DNA of 64,000 nucleotides from Rikenella microfusus (GTDB taxonomy: Bacteria; Bacteroidota; Bacteroidia; Bacteroidales; VadinHA17), in the NCBI GenBank assembly GCA_022736275.1, contig DZBJ01000003.1, forward strand, positions 6,727 to 70,726, written 5' to 3'. The first letter of the stretch is position 1. Every line of letters begins with the position of its first letter. The notes under the pieces were generated by a model. It saw only the letters and a program-made list of their open reading frames with translations, was not told the origin of the DNA and searched no databases. Positions 25,347-35,485 of the stretch are shown here, piece after piece. The position numbers and the translations under genes were made by a program.

Positions 25347-28076
25347 TTATTTCCTGGCCGCCCTGATGGCTGACTGTGCTGCTGCCAGCCTGGCTATCGG
25401 AACCCTGAAGGGTGAGCAGCTGACATAGGTGAGTCCGTTCCTGAAGCAGAACTCAACTGATGCCGGATCGCCGCCCTGCTCGCCGCAGATACCTATCTTG
25501 AGGTTGGGACGCGTGGCGCGTCCTTTCTCACAAGCCATGGCGATGAGCTGGCCTACACCGTCCTGGTCAATGGTCTGGAACGGGTCGGCTGCAAGCATCT
25601 TGTTGTCAAGATAGTCATGCAGGAAGCCACCTATATCATCACGGCTGAAGCCGAAGGTCATCTGAGTAAGGTCATTGGTACCGAATGAGAAGAACTCCGC
25701 GGTTTTTGCCATGCGGTCTGCAAGCAGCGTGGCGCGGGGAATCTCTATCATGGTGCCGTACTTGTTTTCAATCTTGCTGATTCCGAATTTCTTACAGACT
25801 TCATCATGAACCCTGTCATAGATTTTTTTGGTGACATCAAGCTCAGATACATCACAGGTAACGGGAACCATCAGTTCAGGTATCGGTTTCCTGCCTTCCT
25901 TCAGCAGCTCTGCTGCAGCCTCGAACATTGCCCTGATCTGCATCTCTGACACTTCCGGATAGGTAATGCCGAGGCGTACCCCACGGTGTCCCATCATCGG
26001 GTTCGATTCGTGGAGAGCTTCGCCTCTCTTGGCAATGGCTTCGATAGAAATACCGAGTGCCTTTGCCAGTTCAGCCTGTTTCTCCGCACCCTGCGGAACG
26101 AATTCATGCAGCGGCGGGTCAAGCAGACGGAACGTTACGGGGAGTCCGTCCATGGCCTCGAGAGTACCCTTCATATCCTTCTTCACGTAGGGGAAGAGCT
26201 CATTGAGGGCGCTGACGCGCTCGGCAATTGTATTGCTGAGGATCATCTTGCGAAGGATGAACAGGGGCTGCTCTGAGCCCTTTCCGTAGAACATATGCTC
26301 TGTACGGAAGAGGCCGATACCCTCTGCTCCGAATTCGCGGGCCATCTTTGCATCATCGGGGTTGTCGCAGTTGGTGCGGACACCCATTGTGCGGTTATTG
26401 TCAACCAGCTTCATGAAGGTCTGGAACCTCGGGTTCTCGGTTGCATCCATCAGTGCTATCGCACCGTTGTAAACATGACCCCTGGTACCGTTCAGGGTGA
26501 TGACATCACCTTCCTTCAGTACGAGATCTGAACCAGACAGCTTTATTTTCTTTCCTGTAAGGTCAACATGCATTCCTCCTGCGCCGACGATGCAGCACTT
26601 GCCCCAGCCACGTGCCACGAGGGCAGCGTGCGAGGTCATGCCACCGCGTGCCGTCAGGATACCTTCAGCAGCGCGCATTCCTTCAACATCCTCAGGGTTG
26701 GTCTCCTCACGAACGAGGATCACCTTTTCGCCCTTGCGGTTCCATGCTACTGCATCTTCAGCGGTGAAGACAATCTTGCCGACGGCGGCGCCGGGGCCTG
26801 CGGGCAGACCCTTGACCAGCGGGGTTACTTTCTTCTCTGCTGCCGGGTCGCATATAGGGTGGAGAAGCTCATCGAGCTGTGCGGGGTCAACGCGCATAAC
26901 GGCTGTCTTTTCGTCAATCAGACCCTCCTGAAGCATATCCATTGCCATGTTCAGGGCTGCGGTACCGGTACGCTTACCGGCGCGGCACTGAAGCATGAAT
27001 AACTTGCCTTCCTGGATTGTAAACTCGATGTCAAGCATGTCATGGAACGACTTCTCAAGAATGTTCCTGATCTCAACCAGCTCCTTGTAGGTGCCGGTCA
27101 TCGACTCCTGCATGCTGTGCAGCTGCTTGTTCTGTTCGTTCTTGGTGTCGTCATTGAGGGGGTTCGGGGTGCGTATACCGGCAACCACGTCTTCGCCCTG
27201 GGCATTGACAAGCCATTCGCCGTAGAAGAGGTTGTCACCCGTTGCAGGGTTACGGGTGAATGCCACACCTGTTGCAGATGAGTCTCCCATATTACCGAAG
27301 ACCATGGCCTGGACGTTGACGGCTGTTCCCCACTCATCAGGAATTCCCTCGATGCGGCGGTATGAAACGGCTTTCTTTCCGTTCCAGCTCTTGAACACCG
27401 CCTTTATGCTGCCCTCAAGCTGTTCACTTGCGTCATCCGGAAACTCGTTTCCGAGTGACTGCCTGATCCTCTTCTTGAACGCGTCGGCAAGATCCTTAAG
27501 CTCTTCAGCAGTGAGATCAGTGTCAGACTTGTAGCCCCTGGCGTGCTTGAACTCATCAAGCATCTCGTCAAGCTGCTTGCGTATGCCTTTGCCGTCAGCC
27601 GGCTCCATGCCTTCAGCCTTCTCCATCACAACATCAGCATACATCATTATCAGACGACGGTATGAGTCCCAAACAAAACGTGGATTGTCTGTTTTTTTGA
27701 TCAGGCCGGGGATGGTCTCCGAGCAGAGGCCTATATTAAGAACTGTGTCCATCATACCCGGCATCGAGCTGCGGGCTCCGGAACGGCATGACACCAGGAG
27801 TGCATTCTCCCTGTCACCGTACTTCATTCCCATAGCCTCTTCAGCCTTCTTCATTGCCTCCCATACCTCGGGCATGAGTTCTGCAGGCAGCTTAAGGTTG
27901 TTCTGGTAATACTCCGTGCATACATCAGTGGTGATTGTGAAACCGGCCGGTACCGGAAGGCCAAGGAGGCACATCTCGGCCAGATTGGCTCCCTTGCCGC
28001 CAAGCAGATTCTTCATCTCTGCCTTGCCCTCGGCTGTCCTGTTGCCGAAGGAATAAACGCGCTTAACTTTTGACAT
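25347..28076 (-). CDS. ppdK: Pyruvate, phosphate dikinase
   Basis: 909 aa with GGKGANLAEM, the phospho-His region GGMTSHAALVARG and the C-terminal PEP-utilising domain (GICGE). Confidence 0.95.
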   Translation of the reverse strand: MSKVKRVYSFGNRTAEGKAEMKNLLGGKGANLAEMCLLGLPVPAGFTITTDVCTEYYQNNLKLPAELMPEVWEAMKKAEEAMGMKYGDRENALLVSCRSGARSSMPGMMDTVLNIGLCSETIPGLIKKTDNPRFVWDSYRRLIMMYADVVMEKAEGMEPADGKGIRKQLDEMLDEFKHARGYKSDTDLTAEELKDLADAFKKRIRQSLGNEFPDDASEQLEGSIKAVFKSWNGKKAVSYRRIEGIPDEWGTAVNVQAMVFGNMGDSSATGVAFTRNPATGDNLFYGEWLVNAQGEDVVAGIRTPNPLNDDTKNEQNKQLHSMQESMTGTYKELVEIRNILEKSFHDMLDIEFTIQEGKLFMLQCRAGKRTGTAALNMAMDMLQEGLIDEKTAVMRVDPAQLDELLHPICDPAAEKKVTPLVKGLPAGPGAAVGKIVFTAEDAVAWNRKGEKVILVREETNPEDVEGMRAAEGILTARGGMTSHAALVARGWGKCCIVGAGGMHVDLTGKKIKLSGSDLVLKEGDVITLNGTRGHVYNGAIALMDATENPRFQTFMKLVDNNRTMGVRTNCDNPDDAKMAREFGAEGIGLFRTEHMFYGKGSEQPLFILRKMILSNTIAERVSALNELFPYVKKDMKGTLEAMDGLPVTFRLLDPPLHEFVPQGAEKQAELAKALGISIEAIAKRGEALHESNPMMGHRGVRLGITYPEVSEMQIRAMFEAAAELLKEGRKPIPELMVPVTCDVSELDVTKKIYDRVHDEVCKKFGISKIENKYGTMIEIPRATLLADRMAKTAEFFSFGTNDLTQMTFGFSRDDIGGFLHDYLDNKMLAADPFQTIDQDGVGQLIAMACEKGRATRPNLKIGICGEQGGDPASVEFCFRNGLTYVSCSPFRVPIARLAAAQSAIRAARK

Positions 28077-28121
28077 ACTAAATCTGATTATTTATTAATA
28101 AATCTGTTTTTTTTCGAACCG

Positions 28122-28129
28122 CAAAGGTA
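28122..28129 (-). promoter_or_regulatory. Candidate -7 promoter box (TACCTTTG on the minus strand) upstream of ppdK
   Basis: The reverse complement of caaaggta matches TAnnTTTG, about 46 nt upstream of the ppdK ATG. This is a motif match only. Confidence 0.3.
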
Positions 28130-28219
28130 ATAATAATGCGGATAAAATGAAATATCGTTTCTTCTATTTGCGGCGGGCCGGTTCTGGCAGGCCGGCTCAT
28201 CGGACGGCAGGCATAATTT

Positions 28220-29128
28220 CTATTTTCTGCGGGCCCTTGGATGGTACAATAGCATGGTATCCCTGAGATAGCTCCTGTCAATGTGAGTGTATATCTCGGT
28301 AGTGGTAATCGACTCATGCCCGAGCATCTCCTGCACTGCCCTCAGGTCAGCTCCGCCCTCAACCAGGTGGGTGGCGAAAGAGTGGCGGAGGGTATGGGGA
28401 CTGATATTTTTACGGATCCCGGCAGCCCTGGCAGTATTCTTAATGATATTGAAGACCATTACCCTTGACAGTTTCTTCCCCCGCCTGTTCAGGAAGAGTA
28501 TATTCTGGTCGGTGATTACGGGCAGCATTACCCTGTGTGCCATGTAATTGTCTATCTCTCTTAGCGCAACGGATCCCATTGGCACCAGGCGTTGCTTGTT
28601 GCCCTTGCCCGTGACACTGACGAATCCTTCGGCATGGTGTATGTCTGTCAGGCGCATGTTCACCAGTTCGGAGACCCTCAGCCCGCAGCCGTACATGGTT
28701 TCGATGATGGCCCTGTTCCTGTGCCCTTCGGGTGTGCTAAGGTCGATGGAAGCCACCATCCTGTCAATCTCGGCTACAGACAGCACCTCAGGCAGTTTCA
28801 TTCCCGTCCTGGGCGATTCGAGCAGCGCAGAGGGGTCATCAGCAATAATGTTTTCGATAATCATGTAGCGGCAGAATGACCTTATTCCCGATATCAGCCT
28901 GGCCTGAGTCCTTGCCGCTTCTTCGCTGCCCGCTGTGAAGGCGATGAAATCGCTCAGATCATTGTATGTAATATCTGAAGGCAGCCTGCCGTTCTTGTTT
29001 TCAACCAGGTACTCCTTCAGCTTGCGGACATCATTGATGTAGGCCGCAACACTGTTGGGGGAGAGTGAACGCTCTATCCTGAGGTACCTCCCGAATCCCT
29101 TCACCACTTCTGCCCATTGTATTGTCAT
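28220..29128 (-). CDS. xerD: Tyrosine site-specific recombinase XerD
   Basis: 302 aa with an N-terminal SAM-like domain. The catalytic residues lie in ..GLRVSEL.., HTLRHSFATHL and ..LGHESITTTEIYTH. Confidence 0.85.
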   Translation of the reverse strand: MTIQWAEVVKGFGRYLRIERSLSPNSVAAYINDVRKLKEYLVENKNGRLPSDITYNDLSDFIAFTAGSEEAARTQARLISGIRSFCRYMIIENIIADDPSALLESPRTGMKLPEVLSVAEIDRMVASIDLSTPEGHRNRAIIETMYGCGLRVSELVNMRLTDIHHAEGFVSVTGKGNKQRLVPMGSVALREIDNYMAHRVMLPVITDQNILFLNRRGKKLSRVMVFNIIKNTARAAGIRKNISPHTLRHSFATHLVEGGADLRAVQEMLGHESITTTEIYTHIDRSYLRDTMLLYHPRARRK

Positions 29129-29233
29129 CTGGTCAACTGTCCGGTCTCAAAGTTATACTATATAACCGTCATAAATCCGCTCATTTCTTTATTTTTGTAC
29201 TGGCGGCAATAACCACTGTGCCGGATTCATGGT

Positions 29234-29659
29234 ATGAAAATTACAATTATCAACGGGCCTAATCTCAACCTTCTCGGGAGAAGAGAGCCTGAGATTTATG
29301 GGAATGAAGGATTCGAGACGGTCATTAATGCCCTGCAGACCCGCTACCCCGGGATGACCATCACCTATAACCAGTCGAATGTTGAAGGTGAGCTAGTGAA
29401 CATGCTGCAGGAAGCAGGCGAAAGCTCAGACGGTGTGATCCTTAATCCCGGAGGATACACTCACACCTCGGTGGCAATAGCCGATGCAATAGCCGCAATC
29501 AGCATACCTGTCATTGAGGTGCATATCTCAAACATCCTGTCGAGGGAGGAGTTCCGGCATAAGAGCCTCACCGGGCCTTACTGCAGGGGAACGATAATGG
29601 GACTGGGCGTTGACGGTTATCGTCTTGCCATTGAGGCACTTATGAGTTTTTACGTATAA
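29234..29659 (+). CDS. aroQ: Type II 3-dehydroquinate dehydratase
   Basis: 141 aa with INGPNLNLLGRREPEIYG and NPGGYTHTSVA...EVHISN. Confidence 0.95.
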   Translation: MKITIINGPNLNLLGRREPEIYGNEGFETVINALQTRYPGMTITYNQSNVEGELVNMLQEAGESSDGVILNPGGYTHTSVAIADAIAAISIPVIEVHISNILSREEFRHKSLTGPYCRGTIMGLGVDGYRLAIEALMSFYV

Positions 29660-29666
29660 TTAGGTT

Positions 29667-31130
29667 GTGGCCATGGCAGAAACCATCATTAAAAAGAGAA
29701 CCAAGATCGTCGCTACCATCTCTGACAAGAACTGTGAGCCCGGTTTTCTTCGCAGCCTGCATGATGCGGGCATGGACGTAGTACGAGTCAACTCCGCCCA
29801 CCTTGATCCGGAGGGGGTGAAAAAGATTGTGGCAAATGTCAGAAGCGTCTCTGACAGGATAGCCATTCTCCTTGATACCAAGGGACCAGAAATCAGGACC
29901 ACTGCCTGTGATGAACCCATTAAGTTCTTGAAGGGGGAGAGTGTGATCATTGCCGGCAATTCGGATGAGAAAACAACACATTCGGTGATTAACCTCAACT
30001 ACCGCGATATTGCTGAGCATGTGACTGAAGGTGCAAGTATACTTATTGATGACGGTGAAATCGAGATCAGGATCACCGGCAGGGCGGGCGATACCCTTGT
30101 TGGCACAATGGAAAATGACGGCACCCTCGGTTCAAGGAAAACGGTTAACATTCCGCAGGCAAGAATTAATCTCCCTTCAGTAAGTGAGCGCGACCTTGGT
30201 TTCATCGATCTGGCAGTTAAGCTTGATATTGAGTTTATTGCCCACTCTTTTGTCAGGAATAAGGAAGATGTGATGGCAGTTCAGAGTCTGCTTGACAAGT
30301 ATTCAAGCGGGATCAAGATTATTGCCAAGATCGAAAACCAGCAGGGTGTTGATAATCTTGGGGAGATAATGGACCACTCGTACGGAATCATGGTTGCCAG
30401 GGGCGATCTTGCCATAGAGGTACCCTTTGAAAGGATTCCCGGCATCCAGCGAATGATCATAGAGAAATGCATTGAAAAGCGCAAGCCGGTGATTGTTGCC
30501 ACACAGATGCTTCATTCAATGATTGTCAGCCCGCGACCAACGCGTGCCGAGGTAAGTGATGTGGCCAATGCCGTTTACAGCCAGACTGACGCACTGATGC
30601 TCAGCGGCGAAACGGCAGCGGGCAGATACGCGCTTGAGTCGGTCCGAACAATGGCCCGAATAGCCTGCGAGATTGAGTGTGAAAAGGATAAGTACCTGGA
30701 GATGCCAGCCGGATCAGTCAGCGGCGCAGTATCTGCATACCTTGCTAAAGTGGCCGTAAAAACGTCAGTCAGGATCAACGCAAAAGCCATCGTGGCTGAT
30801 ACGGTCAATGGCACTGCAATAAGGAATATGGCAGCCTTCAGGGGTTTTAACCCCATTATTGCGCAGTGCTATACTTACCGCACAATGAGGGAGCTGACGT
30901 TGTCATACGGCGTGGTGCCTGTTTTTATTGAAAAGAGAATGTCCGTTGATGAGTTTATACATGTCTCACTGAAAGACCTTCTTAAACAGTATGATCTGAA
31001 GAATGAAGATATTATCGTACTGCTGGCCGGGAATTTCTCACGGGGTTCAGGCTTCTCGTTCATTGAGGTGGGAACAGTGGAATATCTCAAGGAGAGGGTA
31101 CGCATCAGTAAAGATGATCTGATGGCTTGA
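29667..31130 (+). CDS. pyk: Pyruvate kinase
   Basis: 487 aa with TKIVATI, DTKGPEIR, MVARGDL and ATQMLHSM. Confidence 0.95.
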   Translation: MAMAETIIKKRTKIVATISDKNCEPGFLRSLHDAGMDVVRVNSAHLDPEGVKKIVANVRSVSDRIAILLDTKGPEIRTTACDEPIKFLKGESVIIAGNSDEKTTHSVINLNYRDIAEHVTEGASILIDDGEIEIRITGRAGDTLVGTMENDGTLGSRKTVNIPQARINLPSVSERDLGFIDLAVKLDIEFIAHSFVRNKEDVMAVQSLLDKYSSGIKIIAKIENQQGVDNLGEIMDHSYGIMVARGDLAIEVPFERIPGIQRMIIEKCIEKRKPVIVATQMLHSMIVSPRPTRAEVSDVANAVYSQTDALMLSGETAAGRYALESVRTMARIACEIECEKDKYLEMPAGSVSGAVSAYLAKVAVKTSVRINAKAIVADTVNGTAIRNMAAFRGFNPIIAQCYTYRTMRELTLSYGVVPVFIEKRMSVDEFIHVSLKDLLKQYDLKNEDIIVLLAGNFSRGSGFSFIEVGTVEYLKERVRISKDDLMA

Positions 31131-31158
31131 TTTTTGATATGAAAACCGGTGTGCCGGC

Positions 31159-31620
31159 ATGAAAGTACTGTCTTTGTTCATATTGCTCCTGATCCATCCC
31201 GTTCATGTGTCTCTCACAGGAATTGAATATGACAAAATGAACAGGGTCTGGACGGTCTTTGTTAAGGTCTACAGTGATGACCTGGCTTCCGACATTGACC
31301 TCGGCCTGACAGGCGGCGGGGAGATATCAGGAGTGGAGACTGAGAGATATATTCAATATATTGCCGACAGGCTGATGATAATGGAAGATGGCAGACTGCT
31401 GAAGATGAATCTGCTGAATACAGAGTCTGACGGAATGGAACACAGATTCAGTCTTGAGGCTGCGGGAGGCAACAGGGTAAGCAACGTGACTGTGGTCAAC
31501 CGGATCATGGCAAGGCTCTATGATGACCAGGCAAACATGCTTCTCTTCAGTTGTGAAGGTCTGGAAGAGGGATACAGGTTCACTGCCTCTGACACGATGA
31601 AGATTTATGAAGTCAAATGA
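31159..31620 (+). CDS. Secreted hypothetical protein (DUF6702-like, recalled from the HPVHVS...DDL pattern)
   Basis: 153 aa with a signal peptide followed by HPVHVSLTGIEYD...VYSDDLASDI. The family name is from memory and unverified. Confidence 0.45.
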   Translation: MKVLSLFILLLIHPVHVSLTGIEYDKMNRVWTVFVKVYSDDLASDIDLGLTGGGEISGVETERYIQYIADRLMIMEDGRLLKMNLLNTESDGMEHRFSLEAAGGNRVSNVTVVNRIMARLYDDQANMLLFSCEGLEEGYRFTASDTMKIYEVK

Positions 31621-31632
31621 AAAGGTACTGAA

Positions 31633-34245
31633 ATGACAAAAAGAATAACAGCAGTTTTTATATTCCTGTGTCTGGCGTTTTCCACCGCCATTGCCACACA
31701 TAACCGTGCAGGGGAGATAACGTACCGCCAGATCTCCGATCTCACTTTTGAGGTGACGGTGACAACCTTCACATATACCCTAAGCAAGGCTGACAGACCC
31801 TCACTTGACGTTGAATGGGGAGATAACTCCCTGACCAATGTGGCAAGGTTTTCTGAGACATTTCTTCCGAACAATTACAAAAAGAACGTTTATGTTTCGC
31901 TGCACACCTATCCCGGCCCCGGAGCCTACAGGATAATTGTGCAGGACCCCAACAGGAACCTTGGCGTTGAAAATATTCCCAACTCGGTCAATGTCGTCTT
32001 TTCAATCTCAACCATTCTTATTGTAAATTCGGCTATAGGGAGAAACAGTACTCCTGTGCTGCTTAATCCCCCCTATGACAAGGCCGCTCTCGGCCAGATA
32101 TTCATACATAATCCTGCCGCCTTTGACCCTGACGGCGACAGCCTGTCGTACAAGCTGACGGTCTGCACCAAGGAAGACGGGAATCCCATTCTGAATTACA
32201 GTTTGCCTCCTGCATCCAGAAGATTCTATGTTGACTCCATCTCCGGTGACCTTGTCTGGGACGCACCAACGGCCATCGGTATTTATAATGTTGCAATGGA
32301 GATACAGGAATGGCGCAACGGACTCAAGATAGGAGTTGTTGTGAGGGACATGCAGATAGAGGTCTTTGAAACGGACAACCATCCGCCCGTTACCTCTCCG
32401 CTTCCCGATCTTTGCGTGGAGGTGGGCGAGACTGTCTCTGTAGACATAACAGCTACTGACATTGACGGAGACTCGCTGGCCATTCTTGCCACTTCAGGAA
32501 TATTCACCTCAGCCACATGTCCTGCAACCTTCACAACGCTCAACACGATCCCCGGACTGGTGACGGCAAGGCTCACCTGGGTGCCCTGCCACAGCACCGT
32601 CAGGCATCAGCCCTATGGTATTATTATCAAGGCTGAGGACTTCAACGATGAGCTGCAGCTGGTTGATATTGACAATATGAGCATAAAAGTCCTCGGACCC
32701 TCACCTCTACTGACCGCTGCTGTGCCCCAGGGCAAGTTCGTACAGCTCTCATGGGCCTCCTATGGTACCCAGGATATAGCCGGCTTCAGCATTTACAGGA
32801 GAGAAGGCACCTCGTCTCTTGTTGCAGACACCTGTTACGACGGCATACCTCCTTCGGCAGGTTTTGTCAATGTTGGGTATGCCTCAGGTTACAACACACT
32901 CACCTTTACTGACACCGACAACGGCGAGGGGCTTGAGGGCGGCACCGAGTATGCTTACAGGATTGTGGCAGTATATCCCAATGGCACGGAGAGCAAGCCA
33001 TCTAACGAGATAGTGACCTCCCTGATAACTGGCATACCACTTATAACCAATGTATCAATTCGCAATACTGACCCTGTCAACGGCTCCCTGACGCTGGCAT
33101 GGCAGAAGCCCAGCCAACTGGATACCATCCCTGCCACGGGACCATATGAATACCTGATCTACAGGGCTGAGGGGATAGCCGGAACCCTGTTCCAGCTCAT
33201 TCACACCCTGCCGACAGCTGATCTCAATGATACCGTTTACATTGATACCCTTATCAACACCCTGGATAAAGGATGGGTTTACAAGATAGAGCTTTACAAC
33301 AACGCCCCGGGAAACCGGTTCCTTATAGGAGATCCGGGCATCGCTTCGTCGCTGTTTCTTGTGGCATCTCCGGGCGACAGAAAGGTGAGGTTCACACTCA
33401 CCCGCAATGTCCCCTGGATAAACACCTCATACGATTTCTTCAGGCGAGAAGTCTCCTTATGGCAGCCTGTTGGGATGACAAACCAGCTCACCTTTGTGGA
33501 TGAAGGTCTTGTCAACGGCACCGAATACTGTTACTATGCCGTCTCAACAGGCGGCTACCAGGGAGCAGGCACACCAACGGGACTGATCAACTTCTCACAG
33601 CGGACCTGTGCTGTCGCAGTTGACAACGAACCGCCCTGCACACCTGTCCTGACAGTATCATCACAGTGTGACAGCCTCTACAACATGGCGCGGTGGACCA
33701 TCAGTGACCAACAGTGCTATGAAGACGTTGCAGGGTACAATCTTTATTATAAGCAGACCACGGAAGAGGAGCTCGGATTGCTGATAACCTTTGATGACAG
33801 GACGGTGCAAAAGTATATCCATAACCTTCCCGATTATGTTGCCGGATGCTACGCAATCTCTGCGTTTGACGATAACGGTAACGAGAGCGATCTGTCAATG
33901 ATGGTCTGCGTTGACTCGTGCAACTTTTACGAGATCCCTAATGTATTTACTCCAAATGGTGACGGTGCCAACGACTTCCTGGTTGCCAAGACCTCAGTGC
34001 TGGTTGAAAAGGTGGAGTTCCGGCTGTTCAACAGGGCAGGAGTACTGGTCTTCAGTACTGAGGAGCCCAGGCTCAACTGGGACGGCACATATGATGGCAG
34101 GGTCGTACCAACGGGTGTATATTACTACAGTTGCGAAGTGTTTGAACGCAGGATAAGCGGGCTTGAACAGTTCCATCTCAGCGGCTTTGTTCATGTGATT
34201 GCTGAAAAGGGTGCAGGTCCCGGAACTGTGGAAGGGAAAAAATGA
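31633..34245 (+). CDS. Large surface protein with a T9SS type-B (gliding-motility-associated) C-terminal domain
   Basis: 870 aa with a signal peptide. The N-terminal motif is HNRAGEITY, with Ig/FN3-like repeats after it. The C-terminus reads IPNVFTPNGDGANDFLV...WDGTY.GR.VP.GVYYY. Confidence 0.8.
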   Translation: MTKRITAVFIFLCLAFSTAIATHNRAGEITYRQISDLTFEVTVTTFTYTLSKADRPSLDVEWGDNSLTNVARFSETFLPNNYKKNVYVSLHTYPGPGAYRIIVQDPNRNLGVENIPNSVNVVFSISTILIVNSAIGRNSTPVLLNPPYDKAALGQIFIHNPAAFDPDGDSLSYKLTVCTKEDGNPILNYSLPPASRRFYVDSISGDLVWDAPTAIGIYNVAMEIQEWRNGLKIGVVVRDMQIEVFETDNHPPVTSPLPDLCVEVGETVSVDITATDIDGDSLAILATSGIFTSATCPATFTTLNTIPGLVTARLTWVPCHSTVRHQPYGIIIKAEDFNDELQLVDIDNMSIKVLGPSPLLTAAVPQGKFVQLSWASYGTQDIAGFSIYRREGTSSLVADTCYDGIPPSAGFVNVGYASGYNTLTFTDTDNGEGLEGGTEYAYRIVAVYPNGTESKPSNEIVTSLITGIPLITNVSIRNTDPVNGSLTLAWQKPSQLDTIPATGPYEYLIYRAEGIAGTLFQLIHTLPTADLNDTVYIDTLINTLDKGWVYKIELYNNAPGNRFLIGDPGIASSLFLVASPGDRKVRFTLTRNVPWINTSYDFFRREVSLWQPVGMTNQLTFVDEGLVNGTEYCYYAVSTGGYQGAGTPTGLINFSQRTCAVAVDNEPPCTPVLTVSSQCDSLYNMARWTISDQQCYEDVAGYNLYYKQTTEEELGLLITFDDRTVQKYIHNLPDYVAGCYAISAFDDNGNESDLSMMVCVDSCNFYEIPNVFTPNGDGANDFLVAKTSVLVEKVEFRLFNRAGVLVFSTEEPRLNWDGTYDGRVVPTGVYYYSCEVFERRISGLEQFHLSGFVHVIAEKGAGPGTVEGKK

Positions 34246-35462
34246 AAGGAATGAAAGAAATGAAGAAGATAATACTGTGCCTGACGATTGTGTTCGCCAC
34301 ACAACTGGTTGAGGGCCAGGATAGCTATGAAACCATCCTCAGGGCGGTGTCACTCTCTGAAAGGGGAAAAACGGATGAGGCTGCCAGCCTTCTTGCATCA
34401 GCGGGTGAGAAAGTCACCGGCGCTGACATGCTGGTTGTCAGGGGAGACATCTTCCTGAAGACCAGCAGGGTGAAGGAGGCGAGAAGCGACTTTATGGCGG
34501 CAGAAAACCTCAGGCAGGGATCAGGATTATATGGTCTGGCCGGTTGTGCTGCTGCCGACGGTGATGCCAGGGCTGCCGTCTCATATATGGAAGCTCACCT
34601 GAGGTCACAGTTCAGGAGGATTGAACCGGCAATACTCCTGGATGAAACCTTCAGGCCGGTAGCATCCTCACCCGAGTGGAAAGCAATATGGAAAAAAGAG
34701 TGGTACAGAGGATACGAGAGAAAGAGTTGGGAGATAGATTATTACATCAGGTCTGGACAGGTGGATCTTGCCCGGGAAGTCTGGGTTGAGCTTTCAGCAC
34801 TCTATCCGGATATGCCGGTAACGGAATACTCCAATGCGCGCATAATGATGAGCAGCGGCAGATACCGGGAAGCAGCCGATATACTGTCAAGGCTGACTGT
34901 CAATAAAGAAGCGCCTGCGGAGTGGCTTTACGCTCTTGCCGAGGCACGCACCGGTGAGGGCAGCTGGTATGCAGCTGCCGTGGCATACACCAGGTTGATT
35001 GATGCCTGCCATCCCGATCCTGACCTGATCCTGAAGAGATCAGCCATGCTTATCAAAGCAGGTGACAGGGAGGCGGCCAAGCGTGACATGCAGAGGTATC
35101 TGTCAATCGATCCGGATAACACAGTCGCACTGGGCCTGATGGGAAAGACCTACGCCGAGGAGGGTGCCATATATGAGGCCCTGCCATACCTGAATGCGAA
35201 TATTGAAAACCATCCCGGTGAGGCGGAAGCATTCCGCCTCCGCGGTGACGCATGGATGGCCGCACGAACATGGGAGATGGCGGCTGAGGATTATACCATG
35301 AGCCTTGACCTTGACCCTGATAACGGAGGCGTGAACCTGAACATGGGAATAGCCCTGATTAACAGCGGCAGGGCAGATGACGCCTGCCATTACCTCCGCA
35401 AGGCCAGTAAACTCGGGGAAAAGAATGCCGCGAAATACCTGTCGCAATACTGCATAAGATAA
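34242..35462 (+). CDS. Tetratricopeptide-repeat protein (secreted or periplasmic)
   Basis: 406 aa with a signal peptide and multiple TPR-like A/L/Y-rich helical repeats. It overlaps the preceding gene by 4 nt. Confidence 0.75.
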   Translation: MKGMKEMKKIILCLTIVFATQLVEGQDSYETILRAVSLSERGKTDEAASLLASAGEKVTGADMLVVRGDIFLKTSRVKEARSDFMAAENLRQGSGLYGLAGCAAADGDARAAVSYMEAHLRSQFRRIEPAILLDETFRPVASSPEWKAIWKKEWYRGYERKSWEIDYYIRSGQVDLAREVWVELSALYPDMPVTEYSNARIMMSSGRYREAADILSRLTVNKEAPAEWLYALAEARTGEGSWYAAAVAYTRLIDACHPDPDLILKRSAMLIKAGDREAAKRDMQRYLSIDPDNTVALGLMGKTYAEEGAIYEALPYLNANIENHPGEAEAFRLRGDAWMAARTWEMAAEDYTMSLDLDPDNGGVNLNMGIALINSGRADDACHYLRKASKLGEKNAAKYLSQYCIR

Positions 35463-35485
35463 CGCTCCGGGGTCAGAAATGATCC

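Noticed and set aside
26497-27002. Two overlapping 144-aa plus-strand ORFs, and several shorter ones, inside ppdK.
   Set aside because: They lie antisense to a 909-aa gene with unmistakable PpdK motifs. Their translations are Ala/Arg/Ser/Pro-rich with no motifs, which is typical of shadow ORFs in GC-rich coding DNA.
28078-28317. A 79-aa minus-strand ORF spanning the xerD-ppdK intergenic region and the 3' end of xerD.
   Set aside because: It overlaps the xerD 3' end in another frame, has no motif, and covers the likely ppdK promoter region.
28220-29128. The tyrosine recombinase as a marker of an integrated mobile element.
   Set aside because: It reads as housekeeping XerD with full catalytic residues, next to aroQ, which is a common Bacteroidota arrangement. 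I saw no flanking direct repeats, tRNA target, or cargo or phage genes.
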